Assembly: GCF_018350175.1 (NCBI RefSeq)
Contig: NC_058368.1
Coordinates: forward strand, 122,142,001 to 122,206,000
DNA from: Felis catus
Lineage: Eukaryota
DNA length: 64,000 nt
Direction: 5' to 3'
The notes below the pieces were generated by a model. It saw nothing but the letters and a program-made list of their open reading frames with translations. It had not been told where the DNA came from and searched no databases. The first letter of the stretch is position 1; each line of letters begins with the position of its first letter. The position numbers and the translations under genes were made by a program. Positions 23,346-36,390 of the stretch are shown here, one piece after another.

Positions 23346-24056
23346 GGAATGAATATATCAGCAGTGCCCACATACCTCTGAAAATCAGGTCCAAATCTCA
23401 TTCAGTTCTATTAGAAAATTATTCTTACAGCATGACATAGATTCTCTGAAAGTGCTTTCAGAGAAAGCACTTTAAACACCAAAACCTCTTCAGCGAAAAT
23501 TAAAATGGAAAATGTGTAAAGGAGCAGTTCTCTAAATGAAACCGTTTCTGGCTAAGCAGACCACATTAGCCAGTGGTTCTGGTCTTTGTTCTTGAGTAAA
23601 AAATTCAAGAGAGGGGTAAACCAGAACGAATAACCTCCAAATGCTAATTTTGCAAATCCTAGTTTTTGCTATTTTGGAAAACAAACCACATGATATAGCA
23701 ATTAATAAAAGATATCGTGTCTTATTAACGTTCATACAGTAATTACGAAAATCGCAAATCCATCTGCTAAGTAGTCAGCAAACAAGACAAACGACTGAGC
23801 TCCGTTAAACAGATTACCAGCAGCCTATGGGAGTATAATCTAATAGCCCCATTCTGAGCCATGAATAAGGCAGCTACTCCCTTTTACCCCGTGGACAGGC
23901 CACAACAATACCATCTCACACGCAAGGCAAGACAGAGCAATGGAGACATCCGGCAAGTCGCCCTCTCTGGAGAGAATGTACTCGTAAGCAAGTGTCAATG
24001 TTACTCATGTAGCTTGCTCTTACAGCCTTTGTACTGACACTTAAGAGTTGGTTTCT

Positions 24057-24275
24057 GGGGCGCCTGGGTGGCTCAGTCGGTTGGGTGTCGGACTTCGGCT
24101 CAGGTCATGATCTCACAGCTCGGGGGGTTGAGCCCTGCGTCGGGCTCTGTGCCAAAAACTCAGAGCCTGAAGCCTGCTTCGGATTCTGTGTGTCCCTCTC
24201 TCTCTGCCCCTCCCCTGTTCATGTTCTGTCTCTGTCTCAAAAATAAATAAAAACATCAAAAAAAATTAAAAAAAA
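24057..24275 (+). mobile_element. CanSINE (felid type)
   Basis: Full-length; perfect TSD AAGAGTTGGTTTCT at 24043-24056 and 24276-24289. Confidence 0.97.
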
Positions 24276-24549
24276 AAGAGTTGGTTTCTTGAAAAGACCT
24301 AAAAGATGTCTCCTAAAGTTAAACACAAGCCCAGGAGTTTCTGCATGTAAAATGCCCATCAGGGAGGCTCTTCGGCTCCCCTCACAGAAAAGTTTCATCT
24401 TCCTGCAAACTTCTGTGATTTCATCTCTATTTCTCTTCCAACATTCAGTATCTGGACACGTTTCATGGCTCCTCTCCTTGACAGGCATCTGAAGAAAAGA
24501 AGCCATGTCTTACTACCCTATGACAACAATAACTACCACTACGACTAGT

Positions 24550-24790
24550 TGTGATTGAGATAACTACCATTTCTTGGGACTATAAATGTGCCAGTCACTG
24601 GGGGCAAGTGTTTCATTTTCCTAAATTTATTTTTTGTCACGTGATATTCGCAACAGACCCCTGAGGTAGGCACATCCTCCCTTTAGATGTTAGGCAGTTG
24701 AGGCCCACAAAAACTGAGGGAAAGACATGGGATTCATGTCTAGGTCAGAGAGACTCCGAGGCCTGTGTTCTGAAACACCATGCTACACTT
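24550..24790 (-). mobile_element. MIR relic
   Basis: ATAACTACCATTT...ATGTGCCAG...CCCTGAGGTAGG...TTTAGATG pattern. Confidence 0.65.
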
Positions 24791-25299
24791 TATATAGCCC
24801 ATGCAGCATCTAGGTCAAGTACACAGCAGGTGTTGATAAATGTCTGTGGAATCAGTGAATACCTTAACATCAATTCACTCCTTCGTCCCCTTGGTAGTTG
24901 AGGTTCAATCCTTATGGATTCTGCTTTCTTGTGCATTTTTCCCAGGTGTGCATGAGGCTCAGGGGTATGATTTCTACTGGCTATCCAAAAATGTCAAGAA
25001 GAGCTTCCCTTACCTTTTTTACATCAGAAAATAAACACCTTTCTGGGACTCTACCTCCTACTTCAGTGACTGCCAGGATGATCATTCACAACTGGGCGCA
25101 ATCGATGGCTTTTCATTTGTATTGGTGCCACTCACATGTTGGACTACAAACTAGATGGTAGGAGGTGGCCCAGTGTTCCCGGCACCTCCTCCCTGCTCTC
25201 TTCAACATCCTGGCTCTAGGGTCACATGGAGGGGAGTTCAGGGCCTGCTGGTCACTGACTTCACAATAGTCAATGTTTATCATTGGTGGGAATAGTGGC

Positions 25300-25825
25300 C
25301 TTTTGATGCCTTCACCCTCTGAGCACACAGTGTTCTCTCTCCATCTGGTAACTGCTTCTAACTTGCAGCCCACTCAGCTCTAGAGGAGAACCCTGATTGC
25401 TTTAAGCCAAGCAGCACATCCCATTGGCCTTTTCACTGTAATTAACTCAAGTCAGAAGATGTGGTTCAGGTGAATGATAAAGGAGGAAATGTCTGCTGGG
25501 GGCTTCTGGGGAGAATGCTTTCTAGCTCAGCGAACTTTAAGGAAAGCGATTCTCTCTCTCCTTGCTGGACATTTACACAGAATAAGAAAGATCAAGGTGT
25601 GAGAAGTCATTCTGGAACTCTGAAGAAACCCAACCTTAGGGTTAAACAAGATACCAAGACGACCAAGGAGAAAAAGGAAGATAAAATGTTTTTGATGATA
25701 CAATGGAGCCACTTAAGCCTTGTTTCAAAGCTTGGACTATTTCTTTATTTTTCAGCTACTCGAGAGTCTAAGTTCCCTTTTTGAATTAAGCCAGTTTTGA
25801 CCTAGATTGTCTCTGACTTGAAACC
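25300..25825 (+). mobile_element. Old ERVL/MaLR-type LTR (MLT1J-L/LTR33-like)
   Basis: TCTGCTGGGGGCTTCTGGG; 3' end TTAAGCCAGTTTTG...ACTTGAAACCAAAAGATTC. Confidence 0.6.
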
Positions 25826-26619
25826 AAAAGATTCATAATATTCATGGGTGACAACTTGGTTCCATGTTCATCATCACATTCACTTATTATTATTATTTTT
25901 TCAGAACAGCAAGTATGACAAGGGTCTGAAGGACCAAAGGGGACCATTGCTTATCATAAAGTGTAAGCAGGCAAAATTTACCTGTCAGAGCCTGAGTAGA
26001 GCTGGCTGGCCTGATTTAGGGCCATGATCTCACAGAGTGCTCTCCCGTGTGTCTGACGTTAGTGAACTGCATCCCAGTCAATTATGTGCGCGGTAGTCAT
26101 AAAGACTAATTATGAAGACACGATGAGATCATTGCACAGCTGAACCACGAGGTAACGGCTACCCTAACAAGTCCATCAGCTAGTGCCAGCATGATCCCAC
26201 ACAGACCCTTCATGGCTTTCCTATTTACTACACATTGTCAGGTGAGTTAATGAATATCAGCTACTTAGAATGATGTTCTTCTTTGAGACTGACTTGCTGC
26301 CTTTGTTGAAAATGCCAACTGCCCTTGAAAACCACAGAGTCAGCACAAAGCAGGGAATTACAGGTTTTAATGCAAAAAAACAAAAAAATCTGTAGCAAAG
26401 TGTAGTCAGAGCTGCTCACGTGGATACAAGAGCTTGGATCCCATCTCGTGGACTTTTAATTGCGAAGGGTTGAGTTCTTACCAAATGCTGGAGACTCAGA
26501 ATTCAAGTATGGGAAAGGAAAAGACAACAGGGAAAGACTACAATAGAAGGTATTATGTTCCCAGAGGAGACTTATTGCAAGAGCAGGAACCTGGGATACG
26601 ATAGCTTCTTACCTGTCAT

Positions 26620-26787
26620 GAGGGACAGTTTCATGAGTAAGTAACTTCTGCAGTCACAGAGCCCTGGGCGCAGGAGGACCCCTTGTTTCTTTTTTTCCAA
26701 AGTCTGCTGCCACCATCGTGAAACTCCTAATACCTTTTGAACAAGGACCCTGCATTTCGGAGTCCACAAATTAAGTAGGCCGCCCTG
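26620..26787 (+). mobile_element. MER45A-like hAT-Tip100 MITE
   Basis: GCAGTCACAGAGCCC...TTTTGAACAAGG...CACAAATTAAGTAGGCCGCCCTG matches recalled MER45A. Confidence 0.8.
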
Positions 26788-26889
26788 TTTGTTCTAGATC
26801 CCTCTTCACCAAAATCACATGACAGCAAAAAGAGAAGTTTTACCAAAGACCTGCCTTAGATTTCCTAGATGTCTCTTGTCCTTTTTGAC

Positions 26890-29003
26890 TATCTGCTCCT
26901 CTTTGACCACCTTCTTTGCATGGAACAAATATTTTAGTGTGACATTGCAATTCTTCTGTGGATTTACTTTTTTGTGAATTTATTTTTTGTGAATTATTTT
27001 CTTCGTGGCCACCCTAGGGATTTCAACATGCATTTTAACTTAACACAGACTTCCTCAGATGAATATTAATTTGAAAATTTAGGAAATTTGCTCTAATACC
27101 ATTGTCTCTTGCCTTTGTGCTATGACTGTCATGTATAATCAGTCTACAGATTATAAATATAACACTACAGTGTTAATATTATTTCATACATTCTTATGTC
27201 TTTTAAGGAAGTTGGGGAAAGATGAAAAAAGGTTTATTAATGTAATATTTTATACTAACCTACATATTTATTATTTGCAGTGTTCTGCATTTCTTCCTGT
27301 GGATTTGTGTGGCTTTTTGGTGTCTTTTCCAGAGGACTTCTTTCCTTCAGTATATCTCATAAAACAGATCTGGTAGCAACAGATTTGCCCAATATTTGTT
27401 TATCTGGGGAGGCCTTTATTTTGCCTTCATTTTTGAGGAATAGTATTGGTAGATACCGAATTCTTGTTTGACAGTTACTTTTCTTTCTGCATTCTGAATA
27501 TGTCCTTCTCCTGCCTGCTGGCCTCCATGGTTTTAGATGAGAAGCCAGCTGGTCATTGGATCGATGTTTGCCTATAGATGATGAGTTGTTTTTTCTTGCT
27601 GTTTTTTCCAAGATTTTCTCTTTGGTTTATGCTTTTCACAGTTTGACTACAATGTGTCAAGGTGTGGATCTATTTATATTTATCCCATTTCGGTTTCTTT
27701 GAACTTTCTGGATATATAGATTAATGCCTTTTAAAAATCAAATTTAGGAAGTTTGGGGCTATTATGTTTTCAAATGTTTCCGTCCTTTCTTTTCTCTCCG
27801 TGTGGGACTCCCATTACATGGACGTTGCTATGCTCAATCTTATCCCACTAGTTTTCAGAGGCTCTGTTCGTTTTTGTCTTTATCCTTCAGATTAGGTAAT
27901 TTCTACCAATTTATAGTTCACGGATTCTTTCTTCTGCATGCTCAAACCTGCTGATGAGCCCCTTTAGTGAAATTTTCTTTCTTTTTTACAGCTATTATTC
28001 TTCTCAGGTATAGAATTTCTACTTGGTACTTTTAATAATCTTATATCCTGATTAAGAATCTCTATTTGTTGATCTATTGTTAGTTTCCTTTAATTCTTTA
28101 AATAAGTGTCCTTTAGTTCTTTGAACATATTTGTAGTAGTTGCCTTCCTTTGTCTGCTAATAGCTGATAACAGAAGATTTCTATTCAGTGCTTCCATTCA
28201 GAAGAGATGATTTCTATTCATTGCTTCTTTTATCTGAGTGTGGGCCACACTTTGTTTCTTGGCAAGTCTCTTAATTTTTTTTTTTTAAATGGGACATTCT
28301 AGTTAATATATTACAGCTACTTTGATTCTGGTATTGTTTTTCCCTTGGAGGTTGTTGTTGCTACTGCTTTGTTTAATAACTTGCCTGGGCTATATTTGTG
28401 TCCCAAGTCACTGGTGTCTCTGATAAATTGTTGTGATTTTAAATATATAACCTTCATTTTTAAACCTGGCTTGCTAGGTGTTACTCCTGAGTCTGGGCAG
28501 CTTGGTGGTCAACTAATGATTGCACATCAACTGTGCTCTAACACCTTGAACCAGTAAAGCTCCCATTCATTGCTGTTGGATATGTTTGTGGGTAGGGGAA
28601 CACATTTAAAATCCAGGCTGTCTTTAAGCCTCCTGGGTTTTAATTTCTTCTGGGCCCTTTTGAGTCTCTTACGCTCACACACTCAGACTCAGGATTAACC
28701 AGAAGCATGTGAAGGGCTTGGGCTCTTGTCAGTCTCCACTATATACATAAACAGTCTCAGCCAGGGATATGCTGTCTTTGACCACAAATGTGATTCTTCC
28801 CAACCGTCCACCTAAAGGACGATCATTTCTACTGACATCTTTGTTGAGTGTCTGCGTTGCCCACCTGTCTAAACTGGGTGAGTCTCCTCAACACTGGCAG
28901 AGAGGCTGCTGTTTTCCATGTTCCACTCTGCCTGGGGTTTTGACTTTCCCAATTCAGGCCCTGAGTCCACAAATTATGTACACCATCCTGCTTAGGACAG
29001 AAC
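26890..29003 (-). mobile_element. Old L1 (L1MC/MD-like) 5' UTR plus decayed ORF1
   Basis: Minus-strand translation 27357-27611 contains LFLKNEGKIKASPDKQILGKSVATR, resembling the L1 ORF1p C-terminal domain. Confidence 0.85.
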
Positions 29004-29607
29004 TTCTTTTACTCTATTCTTTTTTTCATGGATCACCTTTCACACACTTAAGTCCAACATATGCTAATGGATCAAGAGCAGTAAAATTATTCTTATATAA
29101 GTAAGATAATTTCAGCAACAAGTTCTACACTGATATTGCTAGAAACCAAGCCAGTTGACTTGCAATAGGTTGAAAGCGTTCAGTGAACTCTGCAAACGTC
29201 AGGTGCTGCTTATTCTTAGTCACATGGCCTTTCCTCGCAGCAAAGAATGGTAAAAATCTGATGCTGCCCTGCCTGCTGTCACTCAGTACTCCACAACTGT
29301 AACAGATAACACTAATTACTAATTTCTTCCCCACCCAGACACGGTCCCAGAATCTTCCTCAGACAGAGCTCAAGGCAGCCATTATGTGGGAGACAAGACC
29401 TCTTAGACATACCTTCTTCAAGTTCCCAAAGCTGAAGTTCATTTTTCTTCCTATTGTCTGCTCTGCTTCTACTCACCAGTCAAGGCTTTGGGTTTGGTTT
29501 CCTGAGAAAATGTCCTGTTTTATTTGGGTTTCAGTCTCAGTTCTGTTTCAGTTTTTCTACTGGATCTCCGTAGTACTGCCATGCTGATTCCTCCATTCTC
29601 ATGATTT

Positions 29608-29826
29608 AAAAAAAAATTTTAAACATTTATTTATTATTGAGAGACAGAGAGAGACAGAGCATGAGCAGGGGAGAGGCAGAGAGAAGAGGAGACACAGAAT
29701 CTGAAGCAGGCTCCAGGATCAGAGCTGTCAGCACAGAGCCCGAGGCGGGGCTCGAACTCACAAACTGTGAGATCATGACCTGGGTCAAAGTCAGGCGCTG
29801 AACTGCCTGAGCCACCCAGACGCCCC
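29608..29826 (-). mobile_element. CanSINE (felid type)
   Basis: TSD TCCATTCTCATGATTT at 29592-29607 and 29827-29842. Confidence 0.96.
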
Positions 29827-30415
29827 TCCATTCTCATGATTTAAAACCCTGTCCATTTATTGGCCTCTCTCAAATCTATATTTAGACTAGATCTCTTACC
29901 CAGACTCCAACTCCCTCTATATCATCTCCACTGGGAAGTCTTAAGGACATCTCCAAGTGACCATGCCAAAAACTGAACCCCTAATTTCCCACTTGGAACC
30001 TCTTCCACCCCTATAGGCTTTCTCCATCTTGACTGATGTTAAATTCATTCTCTCACATGCTCAGACCAAAAAACTTAGGGCCATCCTCAATTCTTCTCAT
30101 TCTCTTTCATACTGTGAGGAAATCCTGTTGGCTACCTTGAAAATAAATCAGAACCCTATGCCTTCTCACCACCGTCACTGCCTCCACTCTGATGTAAGCC
30201 ACAACATCTCTTGGGGTATTATTACAACTGATTTCGCTACTTCTAACTTTGTTTCTTTATATTCTATACTCAGAGCATTCCTTGATCCCTGCTATTCTAT
30301 GCTTCACATAATGGCCAGAAGGATCCTCTTTAAAAGTAAGGCTAATTGTGCCACTCCTCTGCTCAAAACGTTGCAGTTACCTCCCATCTCACTTAGGATA
30401 AAAGCCAAAGGCTCT

Positions 30416-30750
30416 TTTCTTTTGTTGTTGTTGTTGTTGTTGTTGTTTTAGTGAATATAATATTGTCAAATTGGCTTCCATACAACACCCAGTGCTCATC
30501 CCAACAAGTGCCCTCCTCAATGCCCATCACCCATTTTCCCCTTCCCCCCACCCCCTCCATCCACCCTCAGTTTGTTCTCTGTATTTAAGAGTCTCTTGTG
30601 TTTGCCTCCCTCCCTCTCTGTTTGTAACTACCTTTTCTCCCTTCCCTTCCCCATGGTCCTCCATTAAGTTTCTCAAGTTGCACATATGAGTGAAAACATA
30701 GGATATCTGTCCTTCTCTGACTGACTTATTTCACTCAGCATAATACTTTC
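30416..30750 (-). mobile_element. Short carnivore/felid L1 3' end with (CAA)n-converted tail
   Basis: CACCCAGTGCTCATCCCAACAAGTGCCCTCCTCAATGCCCATCACCC and GACTTATTTCACTCAGCATAATA; (TTG)n at ~30422-30447. Confidence 0.93.
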
Positions 30751-31514
30751 AGCTTTTCAATGACTCACCTTACGTGGTCTGTCCTGCAACCCCCTTAATC
30801 TACCAATCTCATCTTTTTCTATATGGCCTCTTATTCCTTTCCAGGCATGCTGGTCTGATGCTTCTTGAAAACATGAAGCCAGGTTTCTAGATACCTTCCA
30901 TTGGCAGATTCCTCTTCCTGAGATACTCTTTCCTCAGATATCCATGTGGCTAATTCTCTTTCTTCAAGGTGTTGCTCAAATGCCACCTTTTCAATAAAGC
31001 CCACCTTGACCACCCTATTTCAAAACGTACACCTATCCTTTCCATCTGCCTCTCCCTCACTGCAATTCCTTCTGGCTCTTCTTTAACCCCCACCCCCATC
31101 TCATCATTTTCAATATTCTCCTTTCTCCCCCAGAGAATATCACCTTCCACGGTATGATAGAATTTACTTATTTATTGTCCTTATTATTTATCTTCCCCCT
31201 CTCTAGAATGTTGTAACTCAAAAAGGGCATGGATTTTTGTCTTTTCCACTGGCATCTCATAGTTCCTAGAAAAGTGAGTGGTGCATAATAGGCATTCAAA
31301 AAACAGTTGTTGAATGAATATTTGAATCAGTGGCGGATCTATGGTTCTGATATCTAAGTAGGTGTTTTTGAAGACACAGACTGAATGTGAGAACAATTTC
31401 CAAAGAAACTTCAGGGGTAGCAGAGTTCAAAGAAATGTCAAGAAAATCTTCATGAAAAAGAAGAGTCAGTGGTTAAAAGAAAAATTGAATGGGATATTAT
31501 ATCCTTATCTTGAC

Positions 31515-31600
31515 AAGTCCTGGGGTACATTAGCATATTAAAGGTTCTGAGAAGTCCTTAAGGCAAGAAATTGACTCAACTTTATTTTTCTCTGACTTTT
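31515..31600 (+). mobile_element. MER103-like hAT fragment
   Basis: CATTAGCATATTAAAGGTTCTGAGAAGTCC. Confidence 0.6.
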
Positions 31601-31609
31601 TTCAGAATT

Positions 31610-33135
31610 ACTATTTTTTTTAATCTTTGATTTCCTGTAGATTGAAAAGTATATGCTTAGGTGAAGGGGTCTGGGGTGGGGGTGGGGAGACACTTATCCT
31701 GCTTGTTATTCTCCAGGCTTCTTAGATCTGTGGTTTGGAGTCTAACATTAATTTGGGAAATTTCTCAATCATTATTGTTTCAAATATTTCTTCTGTTCCA
31801 TTCTCTTTCTTCTTTTTTCCAGTATTCCCATTATATGTATGTTACATCTTTTGTAGTCATCTGGGATATTTTGTTCAATTTTTTTTTCCTTTTCAGTCTT
31901 GTTTTCTTTGCTTCCCAGTTTCCAAGGATTCTACTGCTATATCCTTTAGTTCAGAGATCTTTCCTCGGCCATGTCCAGTCTACTAATAAGCCCATCAAAG
32001 GCATTCTTCATTTATGTCATGGTGTTTTTTTTTCCATCTAGCATTTCTTTTTTCTTTGTCTAGCATTTCTTTTTGGTTCTCTCTTAGGATTTCCATCTCT
32101 CTGCTTCTGCCATCCATCTGTTCATGCATGCAGTCTACCTTATCCATGGGAGCGCCGACTATATTAATGATCATTGTTTTAAATTCCCAGTCTGATAATC
32201 TGTTAATTGCAACATTCTTTCCATATCTGGTTCTGATACTTATTCAGTCTCTTTAAATTGTGGGGTTTTTTGTTTGTTTGTTTGTTTAAATTTAGTATGT
32301 CTTATAATTTTTTCTTGGTAGCTGGGCATGATGAACTGGGAAAAAGGAACTGCTAAAAACAGGCCTTTAGTAATGAGATGAAAATACGTGAGGGGGAAGG
32401 GAAGTGTTCAGCAGTCCTATGATTAGGTATTCATCTATTAGTGAGCCTATGCCTCTGGCCCGTGAACTTCACAAGTGCTTCTCAGTTTTTTTCTTGTCTC
32501 CTAGGTGGGACAGGATAGCTAGAGTGGGCTAGAGTTGACTATTTCCCACCTTTCATGTGGAAGGGTAGAGCTGACTAGAAGTGGGTAATTCCCTGTCCCC
32601 AGGTCAGTTAAGTTCTGATAAAACTCCAGTGCATTGCAGTTTGGTTAACTTCTTAACCAGGCAGGTCTTGCTGAGAAGAATGCTCTGGCATATTTCAAAA
32701 TGGTTCTATTCCCCTCTCTTGCTGGAAGAACAAGGGGATTTTTGTCTGCTATTTACTGTGAGAACCTAGTTGACTTCTTGGAGGTAACTTTCATAAATTG
32801 TACCCCCTCCCCTCCATGACTGGTAGCCTTGGACTTTTTAACTCTCAGAGATGTCCACACTGAGCCTCCAGGCACTTGTCAATTATAGTTCAGGTTCTCC
32901 TACCCTGACACTGGTTCCTCAAACTGCTTCCCCTTGTGAGTCTCTGCTCCAGTAAGCCAACACTCCCTACATTCACCTCTGTCTCCAATCCCGGGGGGCA
33001 GCCGTTTCTCCTGCACCCTCCCTTCTTCTACAAATCCAAGAAGAGTTGTGTACTTTTCAGTACATTCAGCTTTTCACCTATTGTTGGGATGGAATGGCAG
33101 TGTCTAAGCTCCTTATATGTGGAACTGGAAACTGG
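31610..33135 (-). mobile_element. Old L1 5' region (L1M4c-like)
   Basis: TTTGGGAAATTTCTCAATCATTATTGTTTCAAATATTTCTTCTG; terminates AAGCTCCTTATATGTGGAACTGGAAACTGG. Confidence 0.8.
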
Positions 33136-33159
33136 TTTATATACAATGTATAAGAAAAA

Positions 33160-33370
33160 ATGAGTCGGAGTTGTGAGCATGAGCTCTGGAAATGTACCGC
33201 TTGGGTTTATATCTTGACTCTTAACAGTTATTTCGTGTCTCTAAGCCTTATCTCTTTTATCTGTAAAATCAAGATGGGAGCTATATCATAGTTTGAGGTG
33301 AGGATTCAATAAAATAATATATGTAAATAGTGTCTAGTACATAAGAAGCACCCCCACAATTTTTTAATTA
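33160..33370 (+). mobile_element. MIR relic
   Basis: TCTCTAAGCCT...ATCTGTAAAAT...GTGAGGATTCAATAAAATAAT. Confidence 0.7.
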
Positions 33371-33800
33371 AATAATTATTTGAATGCCTATGATCGTCCA
33401 CATGTTATTCTAGATGTCAGAGATGCAGAAATAGAAATTGGACCCCCTTCACAGAGCTGATGTTCTATATAAGCAGGAGACCAACTAGAAGCTTGTGAAC
33501 TAATAAGCGAACATTTTCTGATAGTAACAGTGGTATGAGGGAAACAAATCAGTCTTAGGTGATCGAGGGGGAAAGGAGGTGGGCTTCTGATTAGTCCAGA
33601 AACACTTTTCAGAGAAGTGGCCACTTGTAATGAGAGCAGACCAGTGAGGAACCAGCCAAGCAAAGATCTTTCTGAAAAAAAAGAGCATCACAGCAGGGGA
33701 ACATCAAAAGCACAGGTGTGACAGTAGAAGCAAGCTTGGCTTGATCAGGATTAGAAGAAAAGTCCATGTGGCTGGTTGTGAGGAATATAGGAGAGAAATA
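33370..33800 (-). mobile_element. L2 relic
   Basis: ATTTGAATGCCTA...CCTTCACAGAGCTGATGTTCTA...GTCCATGTGGCTGG. Confidence 0.7.
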
Positions 33801-36229
33801 GCATCTCTACTGCTTTAAATAACACCAACCCCTGTGGGCCTTTATTTAGAGGATGAGCTCTCAATTTATAATTTCATTTTTGAAGAGAGAGAGGAACGCG
33901 GTTTTAGAGGGATTCTAGCAATGATCCAGGGGTCTGGAGAAGAAGGAAGTTGCAATTATTTGAGTCCTGGGATTCAGGGGGAAGTGACCAGCCTGTTTTG
34001 AATAGGTTTTCTGGGTTGGGGCAGTGATCTCTGCTCTCCAGTACCCTACCCCCAACACACACACACAAAGGGCAGTGAGGTTAAGGTGGATGTGACTGAC
34101 CAACTCGGAGGATAAAGAGACATGAGTTAAAAACTCAAAGAAAAGATCCATACTTGGCTCTTAAAGGTATTGTGCTTTCCCCCGCCCCCAAATGCTCTCA
34201 TTCTTGCTGAAGCCTACCTTCATTTCTCTCAGTTGACATGTTAGTCTAAAAATTCTCTTTTCTGTACTCTTTCTCCACCTCCCTCCTTTTGGAGGGCAGA
34301 GACAAATCTCTTGGGTATAACTAAATATCCAGAAAAATGCTCGGCCAATACTGCATGCTATTACTTTAACTTGTAAAAACTCAATTATTTACCCTACCAT
34401 AATTAAGTCCTTTTCCAGACATAAAACTCCCCACATGCTGAGTGAATATAAATTTTCATTGGTGTTCATTTGACCTTGCAAACTAGCCTGAAAATTGTGT
34501 CCCTTTTTGCCAAAAAAAATTTTTTAGTGTTCTTCTCAATAACTATAGTTGAAAGGGGAAAGTGATATCTCTGTAACTCAAACCAGATCCTTTTGCAATA
34601 ATACCTTGGCAAGTGACAATGTGATGAAATTGTTTTATGCGTGCATGCTTTTGTTCACTATCTTAATGTTGCTGAACGCAGAACCAACCTGTTTATTATT
34701 CTTCTGCTGCACAATGGGAAAGGGAGGTAAGAGGATGGGTGACCTCCCTGCAACTTCAAACAGTTTTTTAACAAGAATGCCTGCTCCTCACGACATCCTT
34801 GGAAATGCCCAGAAACAGTACCCACTCTCAATAATCTGTTTTCTAAATGGGATGCATTTTCTTGATGAATCTAAGCCCAGTCAAGGGTACGCTATGGCAC
34901 GAATTCAAACATTTAGGCATTGTTTGCCTATAGGGATTTACTTAGATGCCATCTTCCTTTTTTATCAAATTCTTGGCTTCTGAGACATTTCATGGTTCTT
35001 AGCAACTCTGGCAGAAGGTAAGCAAGAGTTACAGGGGAGGACACTCGGGCCATTTTTACCTCCTCACTCACTAGCAGGCATGGGAAATGCCTAGGTGGGT
35101 GGTACAAAGGACTGAAATTGTGAGGCTCAAGAATTCTCTATAGGTTTTCATTAGTCCCACCTTGGCTTGCTCTTTCATGAATAATCAAGAGTTGACTCTA
35201 AATGTGAAACTCGTGTTAATTATCTTAATGACTAGTAAAGAAGTTATGTCCTCAAATCTTCAATGGAGACTAGAAGACAACTGTGTGAAGGCACAGCGGG
35301 CTCTGCTTGTACGTGAGTGTGCCTATCTCTGTGTGAGTTTTGTCTCTGTAGTGTGGGTGGGAAAGGATTAATCTAAATTCTCTCCCCCAACCTCCAGCCA
35401 CTCTCCAGGTCTGGTCATTAGCAACAATGTGGTTTATTTCCCAACGGCCCTCCCTAGGCATCGGGAGAGTTCCAAACTCTTTGGTCCTTCCTTAGTATGT
35501 TCAGTTTGGACTCAATTGTCTAGACCCCAGGGAATCAAGATTCTCCAATTCAAATCCTTTTGTGTTCTAGAGGTTATCAGGTTATCAGCCGGCCCCTCAG
35601 TTTTCTGTCTTGGTGTTAAGGGATCAATCAAATTACCTAAGATATCCAATCTTTGGACAACAGATGCTGTGAAGAGACTGAAGGGTCTAGTGGTCCAGGT
35701 GGCTAAGCCCTTTCCCCCTGCTGAGAGCTTCTTTATGCACATCACATTTGTGATTAGGATAAGCAAGGTCACAGAGCAGTGAGAAAATGGAAGCTAATCA
35801 CCTAGTGCATGTCAAGAAATACTGAATGTGGAAGCATCTCAAGAGAACCTTGAGAAGGAGGGCCGGTAGAGAAAGCTATATCCATCAGAGATATTACAGC
35901 TGTGGAGGTAAGAGGGAGGCCTTGAGAATCTGGAAGGACAGCTCAGAAAACAATGTTTCTTTACCTGTAACAGCATTAAGCACGCGAAAATCTAAAATGT
36001 CCATGTGGGAATTAGAGTGTATGTTGTTTTAATTAAAGCAAATTGTATTCTACCTTGGAATTGTAACTAATTCTGTGTGTACTTTGAAAAATTCTGATTT
36101 AAAAAAAAATCCTTTCAATCAGCAGCTGAGATTTCAAGTAAAAGAGATTGGAAAATAATCCCATGTGTTTCCAATTGGATGAATTGTTTGCTTGTAAAGT
36201 TATTTCCTAAGATTTTTTTTCAATTAACA

Positions 36230-36390
36230 TATTAGATCCTTGAGGAGTAGGTTGGATAAATGCCCAAGTTGCTCTTTGGTTAAGTAGAATAGCACAAAGT
36301 CTGTGTTCTGGGAACCCAATCCTCTGATTAGTGAGCAGGTCAAACCTCACCTTAATTATTTCTTCTAAAAATCAGAAGGCTTTTTATGAT
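36230..36390 (+). mobile_element. MIR relic
   Basis: CCTCACCTTAATTATTTCTTCTAAAAAT degenerate core. Confidence 0.45.

Larger units (their letters stand above)
29520..31330 (+). mobile_element. Long L2 relic interrupted by a SINE and an L1 fragment
   Basis: CATGCCAAAAACTGAAC, GCTCAGACCAAAAAACTTAGGGCCATCCT, TGCTCAAATGCCACCTTTTCAAT, TTGTTGAATGAAT end. Confidence 0.85.

Noticed and set aside
23048..23440. Overlapping ORFs with CVCV/THTH runs
   Set aside because: Held open by the (TG)n microsatellite.
27357..27611. 84-aa ORF with L1 ORF1p similarity
   Set aside because: Frameshifted fragment of an old L1, not an intact CDS.
34549..34983. Longest ORF in the track (144 aa)
   Set aside because: Non-ATG start, no recognisable domain, no supporting exon structure; this length is plausible by chance.
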